Shown one piece after another: positions 62,069 to 64,000 of a DNA stretch of 64,000 nucleotides. The position numbers and the translations under genes are program-made. Positions within the stretch are counted from its first letter, which is position 1, and each line of letters starts with the position of its first letter. The stretch lies in the sequence record NC_021531.1. The stretch is one strand, 5' to 3'. Below the pieces are notes generated by a model that did not search any database, was not told the origin of the DNA, and worked only from the letters and a program-made list of their open reading frames with translations.

Positions 62069-64000
62069 ATGGCATTTGAACCTGATTTAGTAACGGCCGT
62101 TATACGGTCGCTAAACCGGAAAAATTTAGTCCCCTCCGCTAGGGCCGCTAATCCGAATGATGTGCGGCTGGTATCGGTTGTTGTCCGTGATGAACGTACA
62201 CTCGATGTTACGGTGGAAGGCAAGTCAAATAAACCCACTTACGGCCGAATTACGGCACAAGTGTTTCGCCAAAACATTGCCGACTATTTTGCGAAGATAA
62301 CGCTAACGGCCATCCCGACAGTTACGAGCGTGCATAAACTGCTGCCCGAGTTGGCGACGTTGGTGGGGTTGAGTTTTTTGCCTGAGGACTTTGAAGACTT
62401 GCCAATCGTTTGGGTCGACAACAAAGCCAAAGTAACTTTCCAGTCAAAGCCGGGGAGTTATTTTTGGTACGGGTCTATAACACTGGATGTGGAAAACGGC
62501 GATGTGGATATCAACACCGTGTACACGTACAGCAACTATAACCCGACGGCAAAAACCCTGAACAAACAGCAGTGGGTTGATAACTACTCCGCGTTATGCA
62601 AACGAACACTCGATCTCAACAAAGTGGAAGTGAGTTTACCGCAGAAGCCGTCAGACCTCGGCATCAGTTCGGCGTATAACACCATTGTGACGTTAACTGC
62701 GAAACCGAACTCCGGACTGTTTGGTGTAAAATACGTACATTTCACCCGTATCAACCTTGCCAGCTTTGAAGGCCAAACAACCGCGGTTCCTGATGATTTC
62801 ACAGGTGACCTGTACGATGCATTAGCGACCGAAAATATTGGCTTTCGAACGTATCTTGATGTTAACGAGGTTGAGCGGTGCCCACTGGATACCAGTAGCT
62901 GGCCTATTGACGTTCAGTTGAAAGCGAAACCCGACTCTTACAGAGCGGTCGGTGTCGCGAATATCAAAGTCGGGCGTTATGCGGACGATACAAAATCTAT
63001 CACGATAGACTTCAATAGCAACAACATCGCAATGACGGCAACAACCATTGCTGACATTTGTAGGGCACGGGTAGCTAAGGCCGCGCAAGTTAATTTAACG
63101 ATTAACGTCGCGGCGGGTGTTTACCTGGTTGGTGCAAAAGTCACCGATTACGCGTTAACTATCCCGTATATGTCCCAGTATGCCAACGTAAATGTTGTGC
63201 TCAACAACCGAGGTTTCATTACAGGACGCGGTGCGCAGGGTTCGGATACGGGCTGGCCAAACGCCGCAGGTAACGGATTATTTATCGATCCTAAATTTAA
63301 AGGCAGTGTGGCCATCAATAATCTCGGGACAATCGCCGGTGGTGGTGGCGGTGGTGGGATGTCGTCGGCATTGAATTACGTCGGTGGTGGTGGCGGACAA
63401 CCTTTAGGGGCAGCCAGCAATACTAAAGATTCTGGTAACTTCTATGCTGGTCCTGCGGCGACCCTGACTGCCCCAGGCGCGAGTCGTGAAGTCTGGAGGT
63501 CAGATACACTCTACTATTTCGGTGGGGCAGGCGGTGGGCTTGGGCAGCCCGGTAAGATTCCCGGGCAGCGTAACGGAAACCCGCCTTATTACGCCGTGAA
63601 TCAAACCACAGCGCCCGGCGACCCTGGGAAGTCAGTTGTCGATACGGCAAATATCGCGACTTGGATTACGGCCGGCATCGTTATGCCGCCTGTGGTTGAT
63701 CAGCAGGAGTTGCTTAATCAGTGGTTGGATGTTCAAGATGCGAGGGTCGTTAGCGACACCACGGAATTGGATTTACTCGAAGCTGACGGTAAATTTATTG
63801 TTCAGTTAGATAGTAAAACCAATTTCTATACCGATCGCGACGGTTGGACTTTAGCGTCTAAGTTGCAGTGTTACGGACAAGTGTGGGGTCAACCGGTCGG
63901 TAGAGTATTCTACTCGCGTATTCCGGGCATGCTTCAGCTCGGTATGGAAAATGAAAACGTTTTCTATTACAACTACCGAAAAAACAACCGGGTGTATTTC
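62069..64000 (+). CDS. tail fibre/receptor-binding protein: two family N-domains plus gp38-like polyglycine adhesin (3'-truncated by the window; not in ORF track)
   Basis: GAGGTG SD; open frame from ATG 62069 to the window end (644 codons, no stop, translated by hand); contains GRGAQG, INNLGTIAGGGGGGG, GGGGGQPLG, TLTAPG, GGAGGGLGQPG. Confidence 0.85.
   Translation, partial: MAFEPDLVTAVIRSLNRKNLVPSARAANPNDVRLVSVVVRDERTLDVTVEGKSNKPTYGRITAQVFRQNIADYFAKITLTAIPTVTSVHKLLPELATLVGLSFLPEDFEDLPIVWVDNKAKVTFQSKPGSYFWYGSITLDVENGDVDINTVYTYSNYNPTAKTLNKQQWVDNYSALCKRTLDLNKVEVSLPQKPSDLGISSAYNTIVTLTAKPNSGLFGVKYVHFTRINLASFEGQTTAVPDDFTGDLYDALATENIGFRTYLDVNEVERCPLDTSSWPIDVQLKAKPDSYRAVGVANIKVGRYADDTKSITIDFNSNNIAMTATTIADICRARVAKAAQVNLTINVAAGVYLVGAKVTDYALTIPYMSQYANVNVVLNNRGFITGRGAQGSDTGWPNAAGNGLFIDPKFKGSVAINNLGTIAGGGGGGGMSSALNYVGGGGGQPLGAASNTKDSGNFYAGPAATLTAPGASREVWRSDTLYYFGGAGGGLGQPGKIPGQRNGNPPYYAVNQTTAPGDPGKSVVDTANIATWITAGIVMPPVVDQQELLNQWLDVQDARVVSDTTELDLLEADGKFIVQLDSKTNFYTDRDGWTLASKLQCYGQVWGQPVGRVFYSRIPGMLQLGMENENVFYYNYRKNNRVYF

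Noticed and set aside
52712-64000. Diversity-generating retroelement or invertible cassette as the source of tail variation
   Set aside because: No reverse transcriptase, no near-identical template/variable repeat pair with adenine-specific mismatches, and no invertase or flanking inverted repeats visible.
1-64000. tRNA, rRNA or structured ncRNA genes
   Set aside because: No cloverleaf or T-loop consensus seen in the short intergenic spaces; the hairpins found fit terminators. A tRNAscan/Infernal run would be needed to exclude them formally.
1-64000. Prophage or mobile-element signatures (integrase, transposase, att sites, homing endonuclease)
   Set aside because: None recognised; content fits a lytic jumbo phage.

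Overview
A 64-kb, densely coding, roughly 50% GC segment of a phiKZ-related jumbo phage. It most resembles the SPN3US-like/Chimalliviridae group, and its ThyA and PhoH look enterobacterial, which suggests an enterobacterial host. The left arm holds the conserved core block: DnaB-like helicase, major capsid protein, N-terminal beta-type RNA polymerase subunit, portal, virion proteins, RuvC and a lysozyme-fold endolysin. The centre (about 20-52 kb) is accessory. It has early-promoter-driven small genes, five GNAT-fold genes (three of them tandem-domain paralogues in one operon), a SLOG protein, PhoH, a divergent dNMP kinase, ThyA with two insertions, a MazG-like pyrophosphatase, a BCS1-like membrane AAA+ ATPase, an HslV-like peptidase, an HslU-like ATPase with an enlarged I-domain, twin lipoproteins and a DUF488-like protein. 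The right end is a tandem array of 11 paralogous tail-type genes; the last runs off the window and carries a T-even gp38-like polyglycine adhesin domain. The strongest leads are a stand-alone 78-aa protein ending in a class Ia ribonucleotide-reductase redox tail (DDNCTGGACKI), the tandem-GNAT operon, the HslUV/BCS1 module and the gp38-adhesin fusion. I saw no tRNA, rRNA, CRISPR array, integrase, transposase, intron or intein. Family assignments come from motif recognition by eye; no database search was run.
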